Source: Eubacteriales bacterium (GTDB taxonomy: Bacteria; Bacillota; Clostridia; Oscillospirales; CAG-272). From it: a stretch of 64,000 nt of DNA. Below the pieces are notes generated by a model that was not told the DNA's origin, did no database searches, and saw nothing but the letters and a program-made list of their open reading frames with translations. Made by a program: the position numbers and the translations under genes. Position 1 is the first letter of the stretch; every line of letters starts with the position of its first letter. This document shows positions 36,826 to 46,841 of this stretch, one piece after another. The stretch covers positions 78,780 through 142,779 of the forward strand of contig JAZKXO010000097.1 in the NCBI GenBank assembly GCA_045611685.1. The letters run 5' to 3'.

Positions 36826-37197
36826 GTTGTTCTTTTTCAGTTTCGCTTCCCAGTAGGCGTCACTGATCGCTTTCATGACGAGGTCCTTATCCTCTTCGGA
36901 GAGTTCACCGCCGGCGAAAAGTCCGCCCGCCATCTCGTAAAGTTCCGATGCCTTCATCCTGGCGGTCAGCGCCGCGTCCTTCGATTCGGCATCGGGAGCT
37001 TCTCCGATCAGTTCATCTACCGTAATCCCGAACGCTTTGGCAATCTTCGCGTATACAGCGGTGCTTTTCGGATAAAACTTCCCCGTTTCGTAATTCTGAT
37101 AATTGCGAAGGGGAATCCCAATACGGCTTGCCATTTCTTCCTGCGTGAGTGATACTGCCGCACGCAGGCTCCTCAGTTTTTTTGCAAACGTATTCAT
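36823..37197 (-). CDS. XRE-family HTH transcriptional regulator
   Basis: LRSLRAAVSLTQEEMASRIGIPLRNYQNYETGKFYP HTH. Confidence 0.85.
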   Translation of the reverse strand: MNTFAKKLRSLRAAVSLTQEEMASRIGIPLRNYQNYETGKFYPKSTAVYAKIAKAFGITVDELIGEAPDAESKDAALTARMKASELYEMAGGLFAGGELSEEDKDLVMKAISDAYWEAKLKKNN

Positions 37198-37275
37198 CGC
37201 GGCACTCCCTATATTAATGTACGGATTTATTGTATCACGCGCACGATGGGCGTGTCAAGGGAAATCTTTTATACC

Positions 37276-37839
37276 TTACCGCTTCCCCTTCGGATAGCGC
37301 TTCGGGATAAGGTGCGCGGCCTCAAGCCCCACGATCACGGACGGAATGAGCGCCAGTTGAATCGCGATGCCGGGCAGAGACGTTACGAAATAGCTCACCG
37401 CCCACATCTTAAACGAATACGCACCGGCGGCAAAGATCAAAGCCTTTGCGGCACCTGCAAAAAGCCTGCCGCCGATCATAGCGACGAGAAGGCTCAGATA
37501 CAAGTCGGCATACAGAAGCTTTGTGCGTACGAAGCGTATCATGAGCCCCGCGAGAAGTCCGTACACGGCGCACTCGACCATCATGGGAGGAAGATACGCC
37601 ATAGACGGCATCTGCGTGATTACAGACGACAAAAGCGGTCCTATGATCCCACAGAGGGTACCGTATACCGGACCTGCAATGAGTCCGCAAAGAAGCACGG
37701 GAATATGTATGGGTGAGATAATGCTTCCCGCGTTGGGGATCGCGTGAAACGCTATGGGCAAAACGACGCACATTGCCATACACATAGCGGTAATCACAGC
37801 GCAACGGACATGCGTGAGACGAAATTTTTGTGCTTCCAT
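37276..37839 (-). CDS. ECF-transporter S component (substrate unknown)
   Basis: Trimmed to ATG 37839 (GGAGG, 8 nt). Six hydrophobic helices. SPIHIPVLLCGLIAGPVYG is typical of the ECF_trnsprt family. Confidence 0.7.
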   Translation of the reverse strand: MEAQKFRLTHVRCAVITAMCMAMCVVLPIAFHAIPNAGSIISPIHIPVLLCGLIAGPVYGTLCGIIGPLLSSVITQMPSMAYLPPMMVECAVYGLLAGLMIRFVRTKLLYADLYLSLLVAMIGGRLFAGAAKALIFAAGAYSFKMWAVSYFVTSLPGIAIQLALIPSVIVGLEAAHLIPKRYPKGKR

Positions 37840-37878
37840 AAAAGAGTCCTCCGAATGATAAAGCAAACGAAACCGTCC

Positions 37879-38949
37879 TCAGGATTCTCTCAGATCCATA
37901 TCGGTCGTATCAATGATAAAGTCCGCAAAGGAACGGACGGAAAACGCTTTTTCATACTGCGTTTCCATCGGAATCCATTCCTCGATAAAACGCGTGAACA
38001 GCGCCTCATTGTGACAGCGCAGCTCGAGTCGTTCTCTTTGCGCCGCGGGGGTACAGCACACGTACGCCGTAAGATCATATGCCGCACGCAGATCGGGGTG
38101 AAGTGCATAAGAGCCTTCCACTATCGTAAGCGGTCGGGCGGGCACCTCTCTCGGATCGCCGATCGCCATGCGGGAGCAGTCGAACGGACGGTAGGCAAAC
38201 GGCAAGCCCGATCCGAGATGCGGAATCACTTCTTCCAAAAAGCGTTCACGGTGCATATTGCCGCCGGCTTCAGAAAGCCGTCGGGGCGTACGTAAAGGCG
38301 GCGGTAGAAAAAAGTCATCGACGTATACCACTGCGGCATCGTACAGTTCCCGAAGAAGACGCGCGAGCGTACTCTTGCCGCTGCCGCACATGCCGTCCAC
38401 GGCAAGAACAGCGTGTCCTTTTCCCGCTATCATCTCATCAATGGCGAAAAGAAGCGGCAAAAGCGGCACGTATTTTTCCGCGATCACGCGATAGGCAGGC
38501 GCGTATGCTTCCCTATAAGCAGAAGAATGACGCACCATAGGGCAGCCCGCCCCTCGGTAAGCGGCGAGGGCTTTCTCCCACACGTCCGCCGAGAATGGCA
38601 TATCGCCGTTTCGTGCCATCTCCCCGCACACATCGAGGGTTTTCTGAAACCCATCGGGATCGCCTTTGTGAAGAGCGGCGCTCTTCACGAACAAGCGGTT
38701 TACCGTCGGAAGGGCGGCTTCGGGAATCCCCCCAAGATACAGTCTCACGACACCGCCGCCGATATTCTCAGTGCGAACGACGCCCTCCCTTTCGGGGAGC
38801 GCTTCCCACTCTTCTTTAAGATACGCAAGGGATCTCTCGGCGTCGGAAATGATATGCCCGCCGCCGAACGCACGCTGATACAGAATCTTTATAACGTCGG
38901 TTGGCTCCATTTTCGGATACGCCAGAAAATGCGCTTTTACAATCTGCAT
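37879..38949 (-). CDS. Two-domain protein: unknown N-terminal domain (~170 aa) plus a uridine-kinase-like P-loop kinase domain
   Basis: Walker A GMCGSGKST, DDFF, and a Udk/PRK-like distal region (TIVEGSYALHPDLRAAYDL..V). The N-terminal domain is not recognised. Confidence 0.6.
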   Translation of the reverse strand: MQIVKAHFLAYPKMEPTDVIKILYQRAFGGGHIISDAERSLAYLKEEWEALPEREGVVRTENIGGGVVRLYLGGIPEAALPTVNRLFVKSAALHKGDPDGFQKTLDVCGEMARNGDMPFSADVWEKALAAYRGAGCPMVRHSSAYREAYAPAYRVIAEKYVPLLPLLFAIDEMIAGKGHAVLAVDGMCGSGKSTLARLLRELYDAAVVYVDDFFLPPPLRTPRRLSEAGGNMHRERFLEEVIPHLGSGLPFAYRPFDCSRMAIGDPREVPARPLTIVEGSYALHPDLRAAYDLTAYVCCTPAAQRERLELRCHNEALFTRFIEEWIPMETQYEKAFSVRSFADFIIDTTDMDLRES

Positions 38950-38968
38950 AATACCTCTTAGATACTAA

Positions 38969-38998
38969 GAAACGGCATGACGTGAATCATGCCGTTTC
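38969..38998 (-). terminator. Rho-independent terminator of the SLH repeat-protein gene
   Basis: GAAACGGCATGA cgtgaa TCATGCCGTTTC perfect 12-bp stem. Confidence 0.8.
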
Positions 38999-39014
38999 CT
39001 CTTATTCATGAAAA

Positions 39015-42000
39015 TCAGGGAATAAGATATTTCACGGGAGCATAGATACCCGAGCTGGTTTCCAGCATAATCCAAAGCGTACTGAACGCGTTCGAGGTAG
39101 GTGCGGGAATCACTGTTGCCTGCCCTGCCGTTACGTTCACGGTGCCTTTGTTTCCGTAAGCGTAGGCGCTGGAATAGCCACCGTTGAAGGTCAGAGCGGT
39201 ATATTCCGTGGTAGCGTTGGTATAGAAATACTTAACCGTACCGGTAACGCCCGGGAAAATGTACACACTGCTGTTCGGTCCGGGCAGAGGACTGCTCGTA
39301 AAGCCGGTAGCAGCAGATGAGCCGGAACTCGACGATCCGCCGGATACGGGAACGAAGATGACGTCCGTCTTATACGTACCGGTGTCAATCCAGATAGCAA
39401 CGTTCTTGAGGGACATCGCCATCGAACCGAGGCCGGGGATGGTGATGCTGCCCTGACCGAGCCTCATCGACAGATCAAGCGATCTGAGACCTGTCGTCGT
39501 GATCTCGTCCGTACCGGACAGGTACGCCATCATCCACGACTGGGAAGAATCACTCATCATTTCCGTCAGTTCTGCGTAATTCTCCGCATCGGTAAAGCAG
39601 TAATACAGTCTACCGAGAACACTCGGCTGGTAGAACAGTACGCCGTTTAAGATGTACGGTTCGCCGACAAAACCGCTGATACCGCCGGAACCGCCGATGG
39701 TAGCTCCGGTCGTAGAGAGAAGCAAGGGAGCATAGTACATGTTATCCGTGTCGCGGAAAATAAGCACCATGTAACTGTACCCTGCAGAATTGAGCGTTGC
39801 CGTCTTAGCGCCGCCGGATGAGACCGTAATAGAGCCGGAGCCAAGACCGGAACCTGCGCCTGCGGAAATATATGCGCGGAAGAACTCCTCAGAGTTCGCA
39901 GGTACGCTTGCTGTATTCGTATAGTACCAAAGGATGCTGCCCGCGCCGAGTGCATTGTAGGAAAGCATGGTAGCCGATCCGGTCGTCTGTGCGGTGGGCA
40001 TCGTGGAGAAGCCGTAGGTAGAAGCACTACCAACTCCGCCAGCGCCCGTACTGGTGGAAAGGACTACGGGCTTATAGAAGATGCCGTCGTCATCCTCAAG
40101 CATCACGACTACATACTTGGGCACGTACAGATCAAGATATATCTCGATATCTCTGTTGGTTTTGGCAGTTACAAACTTATAGCCTGCATACGTGGTGTAC
40201 TGTGCTTCCGTCTGCACCAGATTTTTGAGCGTTTCCTCATCGGGGAGCTGCTCCTCATCCGTGAAGTAATACCAAACGGTACCGCTTACGGAAGCCGTCA
40301 GAGAGATCTTCGCCTTTCTGTCAGACTGCGTATATACGGGATTCTTGGTGAATCCGACCGTGTTATGTACGGTGGGTGCTTCCTGTGCGCCGATGAGCGA
40401 GATTACGATCGGCTGCATGGGCGTTGCCACAGGGGTCATAAAGGAAGTACCTGTGGTCTCCAGCATAAGAACGAGGTAGGCGCACTCTAGGCCCATCTGA
40501 TTGGTAAGCGAGGTAGTGATGATCTGTCTGCCGGCGCCAACAGCGGCAGTACCGCCGATCGGCGTAGACAGAGAGGACTTCGTAGCGTTCTCATAGTTCG
40601 CCTTGAAGGACGTAGCATCCGGCACAGAATTATTATCGGTAATGTAGTAATACAGTTTGCCGGCAGCAGTGGGCTCTACGTTAATCTGGAAGAAGCCGGA
40701 GTTCATCGCGGTGGACGGAAGAACGGAGAATCCGCTCGGGGAGAGGCTGACGGCAGAGGGCGCCGCAAGCGTCACCACTACAGGACAGTATTCCGTACCG
40801 TTCACGGAGGTGAGGCGAAGAACGAGGTACGGATAGCTCTTGGCCGCAACCTGATCGGACAGCGCCGAAGCGTACGCAGTATCCTTACCTATGTCAAACA
40901 AGCCGGTAATCGATCTGGTAAGAGATTCGGATTTAGCGATATTCTCGAGATTTTTGGTAAACTGTTCTGCCGTAGGAACGGTCGCAGCGGTGCTGTAATA
41001 ATACTCAATAGTACCGTGTTCGCCGGCGGTCAGCTTCAGTATGTACTTATCCGCCTCGAGGGCAACCGTCGGAGCTACGGTGAAGCCGGATTCGGTAATC
41101 ACCGGAGCACCGGTTCTGGAAATAACGATCGGCTGATACGGGTTACCGGTTGCATCCTTCAGTTGAAGGACAATGTATTCGTATGCAGATACCGCCGACT
41201 TCGCGAAGGTATTCTCACCGACTACCTTGTTGGCAGTAACGGGAATCATACCCTTATGCGTGTTGGACGTGGCGGAGTAGTTCGTTGCAAATGCCGTGGA
41301 CGTCGGAACCGTCGCCGTATTGGTATAGTAGTAAGAAACGAGACCCGTTACATTGGTCGTGAAGTTCAGCTTCTCATACGAGCCGCTCGCAGAAACGATC
41401 GGCGTTGCGGCAAAGCCGTTTGACGCCTTATTGGCGATCACCTTAGGCTGATACTTGACACCGTTTGAACTCTGCAGCATAACGACTACGTATGCGTATG
41501 CGGACACCTCAGAGGAGTCTGCAATCTTTTGATCTACCGTCGTATTGGCGGTAACGCCGATATACGCCTTCTTGCCTGCAGCAACGTAGGCGGTGTTGTA
41601 GGTTTCCTTCGTGGGGACAGTCTCGGAGTTGGTGAAGTAGTAATACAGTATACCGGTTGCGGTAGGCTTTGCGGTCAGATGACAGCCTGCCGTATACGCG
41701 TAGGTGGTAGGCTCAGCGGAGAAGCCGGTCTCCCCTGCGGCAGCAGCGCTGGTGTACGGATTGCCCGCAAACATAGCCGTGATACCGGTTGCAATCGTGT
41801 AAGAGGTGGGAACTACCGCAGATTCAAATCCCGTTGCCTTAACGTTAGCGGCAGTCAGCGTGCCCGCACCGCCGAACGAAGAATTCTTCGCGGTGCTTTC
41901 GAGCGTCATCGCCTTAACGGAGGTACGCTGTACGGTCGTCATTTCGACCGGTGTTTTTGCCGTTACTGCTTCTACGGACGTTCCGCTGATAAGAGAAACG

Positions 42001-42869
42001 GACGCGGTATGTGCGATATTCGAATCCACAATGATCTGGTCTACGGTACATCCGGAAAGGATGACGGAGGTCGTTCCGCGCAGAACGAGCGTGTCCACAT
42101 CACAGCCGCTGAGCGTAACAGTGCCGCTCGATGCACCCTCGGTGATGAGGAGTTTTCCTTTGATCGTTGCATTGGAAACCGTGATACCGGAAACACCGAT
42201 TACGGCGTTTTCATCGTTAGCGTCAGCCTCGGTGCCGGTTGCGGATGTCTTGTAGATCGTACCTGCGGCACGGTAAAGGATAGCAGCCGCTTCAGAGCGC
42301 TTCAAAAGACCGTCGGGACGGAAGTTGCCGGTATCAGCATCTCCCTTAAAAAGGCCGATATAGCTGACCTGCAAAACGTAGTCGCGGAACTCGGAACGAA
42401 TAGAAGTATAGTCGGGATATGTAGTCTGAGAAACCTTCTCGTTCTCACCGAGATTCATATAGCGTGCCAAAAGCGCGGCGGCTTCCTGGCGGGTGAGATT
42501 CTCATTCGGAGCAAAATAGGAGCCGTAGCCGAGGAGGAATCCCTGCGCGGCAGCTTTTCTGACGTAAGGATAGAACCAGTCAGTCGCAGCAACGTCGGAA
42601 TAATTGACATCAGCCTCGGCGGTGAGACCAAACGTCTCCACCATCATTTTAACAAACTGGGAACGGGTAACCGGCACTTCGGGACGGAAGGAGCCGTCTT
42701 CGGCGTAGCCGTTCAGAATTTTCTTTCCAACCATGTAGTTGATTTCTTCTTTTGCCCATGCGGAAGATGCGGGCCAGTTCGCCTCGTCGGTGAACGCCGC
42801 AAAGACGCTCATCGGAAGACACGAAACAAGAAGCACAAGAGAAAGGAGTAAGGCGGTTGCTCTTTTCAT
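39015..42869 (-). CDS. SLH-anchored cell-surface protein: N-terminal SLH triplet, beta-helix-like linker and eight tandem ~100-aa repeats of an unrecognised module
   Basis: ATG 42869 (GGAGA, 8 nt). Signal peptide MKRATALLLSLVLLVSCLPMSVFA. SLH motifs (FTDEANWP.., YSDVAATDWF.., YPDYTSIRSEF..). The repeats share GF...P......G.LYYY.T....VP....F...Y. Confidence 0.85.
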   Translation of the reverse strand: MKRATALLLSLVLLVSCLPMSVFAAFTDEANWPASSAWAKEEINYMVGKKILNGYAEDGSFRPEVPVTRSQFVKMMVETFGLTAEADVNYSDVAATDWFYPYVRKAAAQGFLLGYGSYFAPNENLTRQEAAALLARYMNLGENEKVSQTTYPDYTSIRSEFRDYVLQVSYIGLFKGDADTGNFRPDGLLKRSEAAAILYRAAGTIYKTSATGTEADANDENAVIGVSGITVSNATIKGKLLITEGASSGTVTLSGCDVDTLVLRGTTSVILSGCTVDQIIVDSNIAHTASVSLISGTSVEAVTAKTPVEMTTVQRTSVKAMTLESTAKNSSFGGAGTLTAANVKATGFESAVVPTSYTIATGITAMFAGNPYTSAAAAGETGFSAEPTTYAYTAGCHLTAKPTATGILYYYFTNSETVPTKETYNTAYVAAGKKAYIGVTANTTVDQKIADSSEVSAYAYVVVMLQSSNGVKYQPKVIANKASNGFAATPIVSASGSYEKLNFTTNVTGLVSYYYTNTATVPTSTAFATNYSATSNTHKGMIPVTANKVVGENTFAKSAVSAYEYIVLQLKDATGNPYQPIVISRTGAPVITESGFTVAPTVALEADKYILKLTAGEHGTIEYYYSTAATVPTAEQFTKNLENIAKSESLTRSITGLFDIGKDTAYASALSDQVAAKSYPYLVLRLTSVNGTEYCPVVVTLAAPSAVSLSPSGFSVLPSTAMNSGFFQINVEPTAAGKLYYYITDNNSVPDATSFKANYENATKSSLSTPIGGTAAVGAGRQIITTSLTNQMGLECAYLVLMLETTGTSFMTPVATPMQPIVISLIGAQEAPTVHNTVGFTKNPVYTQSDRKAKISLTASVSGTVWYYFTDEEQLPDEETLKNLVQTEAQYTTYAGYKFVTAKTNRDIEIYLDLYVPKYVVVMLEDDDGIFYKPVVLSTSTGAGGVGSASTYGFSTMPTAQTTGSATMLSYNALGAGSILWYYTNTASVPANSEEFFRAYISAGAGSGLGSGSITVSSGGAKTATLNSAGYSYMVLIFRDTDNMYYAPLLLSTTGATIGGSGGISGFVGEPYILNGVLFYQPSVLGRLYYCFTDAENYAELTEMMSDSSQSWMMAYLSGTDEITTTGLRSLDLSMRLGQGSITIPGLGSMAMSLKNVAIWIDTGTYKTDVIFVPVSGGSSSSGSSAATGFTSSPLPGPNSSVYIFPGVTGTVKYFYTNATTEYTALTFNGGYSSAYAYGNKGTVNVTAGQATVIPAPTSNAFSTLWIMLETSSGIYAPVKYLIP

Positions 42870-42967
42870 TTCTTTATTCTCCGTTTCAAAAAATTTCATC
42901 ATTTTATGTTCGCAATTTTTATTCGCGGCGCCCTTGTTTTAGACACACGCAAAATTATCCTCTTTAT

Positions 42968-42995
42968 AGTATACCGCATTTGTAAAATAAGTCAA
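42968..42995 (-). promoter_or_regulatory. Candidate sigma-A promoter of the SLH repeat-protein gene (TTGACT - 16 - TATACT)
   Basis: Reverse complement: TTGACT (42990-42995) and TATACT (42968-42973). Confidence 0.5.
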
Positions 42996-43069
42996 CGGAA
43001 TTTCATAAGAAATTTGTTACTTTTTTTGCAAAATGGGCGATTTACACTATTTTTTCGAAAAATTGACCG

Positions 43070-43630
43070 TCAGCGTGCGATTTCGCCTCGGATATACGAA
43101 GCGATCGTTTTCATGTCTTCGTACATGGCTTCCTTTTTTGCGGGATCGCGTAAAAGCGCCGCCGGATGGTACACGGCAGTCAGCGTGTACTCGTTTTTCG
43201 TAAAGAACACCCCGTGCTCCTTCGTGATAAGAAAGTCCGGTTTGATAAGCCGCATGGCGGCAATACGTCCGAGACAGACGATGATCTTCGGTTCGATCAG
43301 CCTTACCTGCTCACGAAGGTATTCGATACACGCGTCCTGCTCCTCGGGGAGCGGATCGCGGTTCTGCGGCGGGCGGCATTTCAGAATATTGGCGATATAC
43401 ACCTGGCTTCGCTCAATACCGACGGCCTCAAGATACTTATCGAGAAGCTTCCCCGCCATTCCCACAAAGGGAATACCGGATTCATCCTCTTTCGCGCCGG
43501 GGGCTTCTCCCACGAACATGACATCCGCAGTAGGCGATCCCGTACCGAACACGCAGTTCGTCCGCGTCTCGGACAGTGCACAGCGTGTACACGATCGGCA
43601 TTTTTGTTCCAGTTCCGAAAGACTTTGCAT
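43070..43630 (-). CDS. Uracil-DNA glycosylase, family 4
   Basis: Trimmed to ATG 43630 (GAGGTGG RBS). CRSCTRC, GEAPGAKEDESGIPFVGMAGKLL, HPAALLR. Confidence 0.88.
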   Translation of the reverse strand: MQSLSELEQKCRSCTRCALSETRTNCVFGTGSPTADVMFVGEAPGAKEDESGIPFVGMAGKLLDKYLEAVGIERSQVYIANILKCRPPQNRDPLPEEQDACIEYLREQVRLIEPKIIVCLGRIAAMRLIKPDFLITKEHGVFFTKNEYTLTAVYHPAALLRDPAKKEAMYEDMKTIASYIRGEIAR

Positions 43631-43757
43631 AGATCCACCTCTTTTCTTTTTTGTGTGGGCTTGTACGTTACATCTTATTATACTATATTTCGCCAAAAAA
43701 GGAAAGAGCCGATTTCACTTTTCCGTCTGGCAAATTATTCCGCTGAAATAACGTTTT

Positions 43758-45164
43758 TCACAACGTCAGCACATCAATCGCGCGCCGCACAGCGGCGGCA
43801 TCCGCGCGTCCGCGGCTCTGTTTCATGACTGCACCGACGAGCACCTCTTTGGCTTTCTCCTTACCCGCACGGATCTCGGCGATAACGTCCGGATTCCGGT
43901 GAATCGCTTCTTTCGCGAGCGCTTCTATCGTCGCATTGTCGGTGATGACGAGCATATTCTCGCGCTCTGCCACCGTATCGGGATCTTCCCGCTCACAAAG
44001 ATGCGTGAGTTTTCTCGCCGAGGCGGCGGTGATCTTCTTTTCTCCCACAAGATCGGCAATACGAGCGAGGGCGGCGGCAGGCAAGCGCGGCGCACTGTCC
44101 CCCTCGGGGAATATCTCACCGATGAGAAGATTGGCGGCGGCGGTCGGGTTTTCGGTTTTTTTGAGCACAGCCGAAAAATATGCGGCGACGGCAGGCGTTT
44201 CTGCGAGTCGAAAAGCAGCATCCGGTTTGATGCCGGCGGCAACAAACTGCGCACGGAGCACATCGGGCATCGGAGGAATTTCCCCTCGGATCGCCTCGAT
44301 CTCTCCATCCGTGATCATAATATCCGGAATATCCGGCTCTCTCAGATACCGGTAATCGGCGGCAGATTCCTTTTTCCGCATAAGAACGGTCTCTCCGCTC
44401 GCCTCGTCATAGCGGCGCGTTTCGGGCACGATTTTGCCGCCCGCGTCGAGAATCTCCGCCTGTCTTTTAAATTCGTACGCGATCGCCTTTCCGACGAAGG
44501 CTATGGAATTGACGTTTTTGATCTCCGTGCGCGTGCCGTACGTGCTGTCACCCAGGCGGCGGACGGACAAATTCACGTCACACCGCATAGAGCCCTCGTT
44601 CATTTTGCAGTCCGAGACACCGGCGAAGACGAGCCGTTCACGAAGCGTCGAAAGATACGCCTTCGCCTCATCGGCAGAGCGGATATCCGGCTCGGACACG
44701 ATCTCGATAAGCGGTACGCCCGCGCGGTTGTAATCAACTTTCGTAACCGTACCCTCGTGGAGGAGTTTCCCCGCATCTTCTTCAAGATGGATGCGGGTGA
44801 TGCCGATCCTTCTCTCACCGGACTCTGTATCGACGGTGATAAAACCGCCGCGGCAGAGAGGCTCGTCGTATTGGGTGATCTGGTATCCTTTCGGCAGATC
44901 GGGATAAAAATAGTTTTTTCTGTCAAAGTGCGTGCGCCGTGCGATCAGAGAATCCGTAACGAGTCCCGCTCGGATCCCGAGCCGTACGGCGTTTTTATTA
45001 AGACGCGGCATCGTGCCGGGCAGCCCCATACAAACGGGACAGATCTGCGTGTTCGCGGCCGCGCCGTAGGCGGCACTGCACGAGCAGAATATCTTCGTCA
45101 CCGTCAAGAGTTCCGCATGCACCTCGAGCCCCACGATCATTTCATACTTTGTAAGATCAGCCAT
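43758..45164 (-). CDS. gatB: Asp-tRNA(Asn)/Glu-tRNA(Gln) amidotransferase subunit B
   Basis: YEMIVGLEVHAEL, NRAGVPLIEIVSEPD, C-terminal GatB/YqeY domain. Trimmed to ATG 45164. Confidence 0.93.
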   Translation of the reverse strand: MADLTKYEMIVGLEVHAELLTVTKIFCSCSAAYGAAANTQICPVCMGLPGTMPRLNKNAVRLGIRAGLVTDSLIARRTHFDRKNYFYPDLPKGYQITQYDEPLCRGGFITVDTESGERRIGITRIHLEEDAGKLLHEGTVTKVDYNRAGVPLIEIVSEPDIRSADEAKAYLSTLRERLVFAGVSDCKMNEGSMRCDVNLSVRRLGDSTYGTRTEIKNVNSIAFVGKAIAYEFKRQAEILDAGGKIVPETRRYDEASGETVLMRKKESAADYRYLREPDIPDIMITDGEIEAIRGEIPPMPDVLRAQFVAAGIKPDAAFRLAETPAVAAYFSAVLKKTENPTAAANLLIGEIFPEGDSAPRLPAAALARIADLVGEKKITAASARKLTHLCEREDPDTVAERENMLVITDNATIEALAKEAIHRNPDVIAEIRAGKEKAKEVLVGAVMKQSRGRADAAAVRRAIDVLTL

Positions 45165-46569
45165 CGGAAACTCCTTCCTCAAGCGCTCGGGCGGCGGCAA
45201 ACAAGAGATCCTCCCGCATAAAGGGTGCGATAATCTCGATACCGACGGGCATCTCCCCCGCCCGTCTCAAAGGAACGCTGACGGCAGGAAGGCCCGCGAG
45301 CGACACCGCTGTACAAAGGCAGTCCGCCGTTTGATACGGAAGTCCGTCATCCACCGTCTCAAAAAGGCGCGTAGCCGTATGCGGAACGGTGGGAAGAAGG
45401 AGCACGTCCGCACGCTCAAACTGTGCGTTAAGATCAGACGTGATCTCACAGCGCAGACGGCAGGCTTTCTCATAATAATCCGCCCGCCCGTCAAAAGAAA
45501 GGGCAAACGTACCCGCGAGAAGACGGCGCTTTATTTCCGCACCGAACCGGCGGCGTGCCGCCAGCATCCCCTCGGTGTAAGTCGATCCGTTCTCGGACGT
45601 GCCGTAGCGGATGCCGTCGTACCGCGCAAGATTCGACGATGCCTCCGACGCGGCGATGAGATAGTACGCCGTGTACGCGTCGTCCGGTGAGGGGATCGTA
45701 ACCTCGGTGATTTTTGCCCCGTGTGCTTCCATAACGGATATAGATCTTTCGTATGCCTCTTTCACCTCGGGTGAAAGAAGCGGCAGATTTCGAACCACCC
45801 CGACACGAATGTCGCGGACTCCCCTCTCCATGGCAGAAAGCCAATCCGAAAGGGCGTCCTCTCGGGGGATCATCGTCATATCGCCTGCATCGGGGACGGC
45901 GGCGGCATCGAGCACGATCGCCGCATCACGCACCGTTCTCGTAAGAATACCCACCGTATCCAGTGAGGAAGCAAAAGCAATAAGGCCTCTTCTGGAAATG
46001 CGGCCGTACGTGGGCTTCAGTCCCACTACACCGCAGAATGCGGCGGGCACGCGCACGCTTCCGCCGGTGTCCGAGCCGAGAGCGAACATCGCCTGCCCGT
46101 CGGCGACGGCGGCGGCACTGCCGCTCGAACTGCCGCCTGCAGAATGCAACGGTGACAAGGGATTGCGGACAGGACCGAACGCGGACGTCTCGCCAAACGA
46201 GCCCATGGCAAATTCGTCAAGATTCGTCTTGCCGACAAGAACGCTGCCGGCAAACGAAATACCCTCCCACGCGGCGGCAGAAAAAGGTGCTGAAAAATCC
46301 GAAAGCATAAGAGACGCCGCCGTAGTCGGTATGCCTTCGGTCAGAATATTATCTTTTACGGCGGCGGGGATACCGCACAGAAGCGATGCATCACCTGCTT
46401 TGATCCTCTCGTCCGCCCGATCGGCGGCTGAAAGTGCGTACTCGTCCGTAACAGTGATAAACGCGTTCGTTTCCTCTCTGCGCTCACGAATACGCGAGAG
46501 CGCCGCCTCGGTGAGCGCCCGTGCGGTCGTCTCTCCCTTTCGGAGCGCCTCGGCGGTTTTCGTAATCAT
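45157..46569 (-). CDS. gatA: Asp-tRNA(Asn)/Glu-tRNA(Gln) amidotransferase subunit A
   Basis: Amidase signature GGSSSGSAAAVA...GSDTGGSVRVPA. Confidence 0.93.
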   Translation of the reverse strand: MITKTAEALRKGETTARALTEAALSRIRERREETNAFITVTDEYALSAADRADERIKAGDASLLCGIPAAVKDNILTEGIPTTAASLMLSDFSAPFSAAAWEGISFAGSVLVGKTNLDEFAMGSFGETSAFGPVRNPLSPLHSAGGSSSGSAAAVADGQAMFALGSDTGGSVRVPAAFCGVVGLKPTYGRISRRGLIAFASSLDTVGILTRTVRDAAIVLDAAAVPDAGDMTMIPREDALSDWLSAMERGVRDIRVGVVRNLPLLSPEVKEAYERSISVMEAHGAKITEVTIPSPDDAYTAYYLIAASEASSNLARYDGIRYGTSENGSTYTEGMLAARRRFGAEIKRRLLAGTFALSFDGRADYYEKACRLRCEITSDLNAQFERADVLLLPTVPHTATRLFETVDDGLPYQTADCLCTAVSLAGLPAVSVPLRRAGEMPVGIEIIAPFMREDLLFAAARALEEGVSDG

Positions 46570-46841
46570 ACGGTTCCTCCTACCGTGCGGGGTACGGTAA
46601 TATATCCGTCCCGCTCTTTTCCCGAAAGCGAAAGAAGCGAAGCGGCATCGTGATACGGCATCGCCTCATCGGGGCGAAGTGCATCGGTAGATACCGCACT
46701 CGATGAAACTGCCCCCAAATGTTCCTTGGACATTTTTCTGTCCATAATGAGGATCTTTTTTATATCGGCACAGAGCGCATTCTCCTCTGTATCTGTCAGT
46801 TCCAGCATACAGAGATCCGCGATTCTTTGGGCGTTCGGCAT
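46566..46841 (-). CDS. gatC: Asp-tRNA(Asn)/Glu-tRNA(Gln) amidotransferase subunit C
   Basis: 91 aa, overlaps the gatA start, and sits in the usual gatCAB order. The sequence is divergent. Confidence 0.75.
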   Translation of the reverse strand: MPNAQRIADLCMLELTDTEENALCADIKKILIMDRKMSKEHLGAVSSSAVSTDALRPDEAMPYHDAASLLSLSGKERDGYITVPRTVGGTV

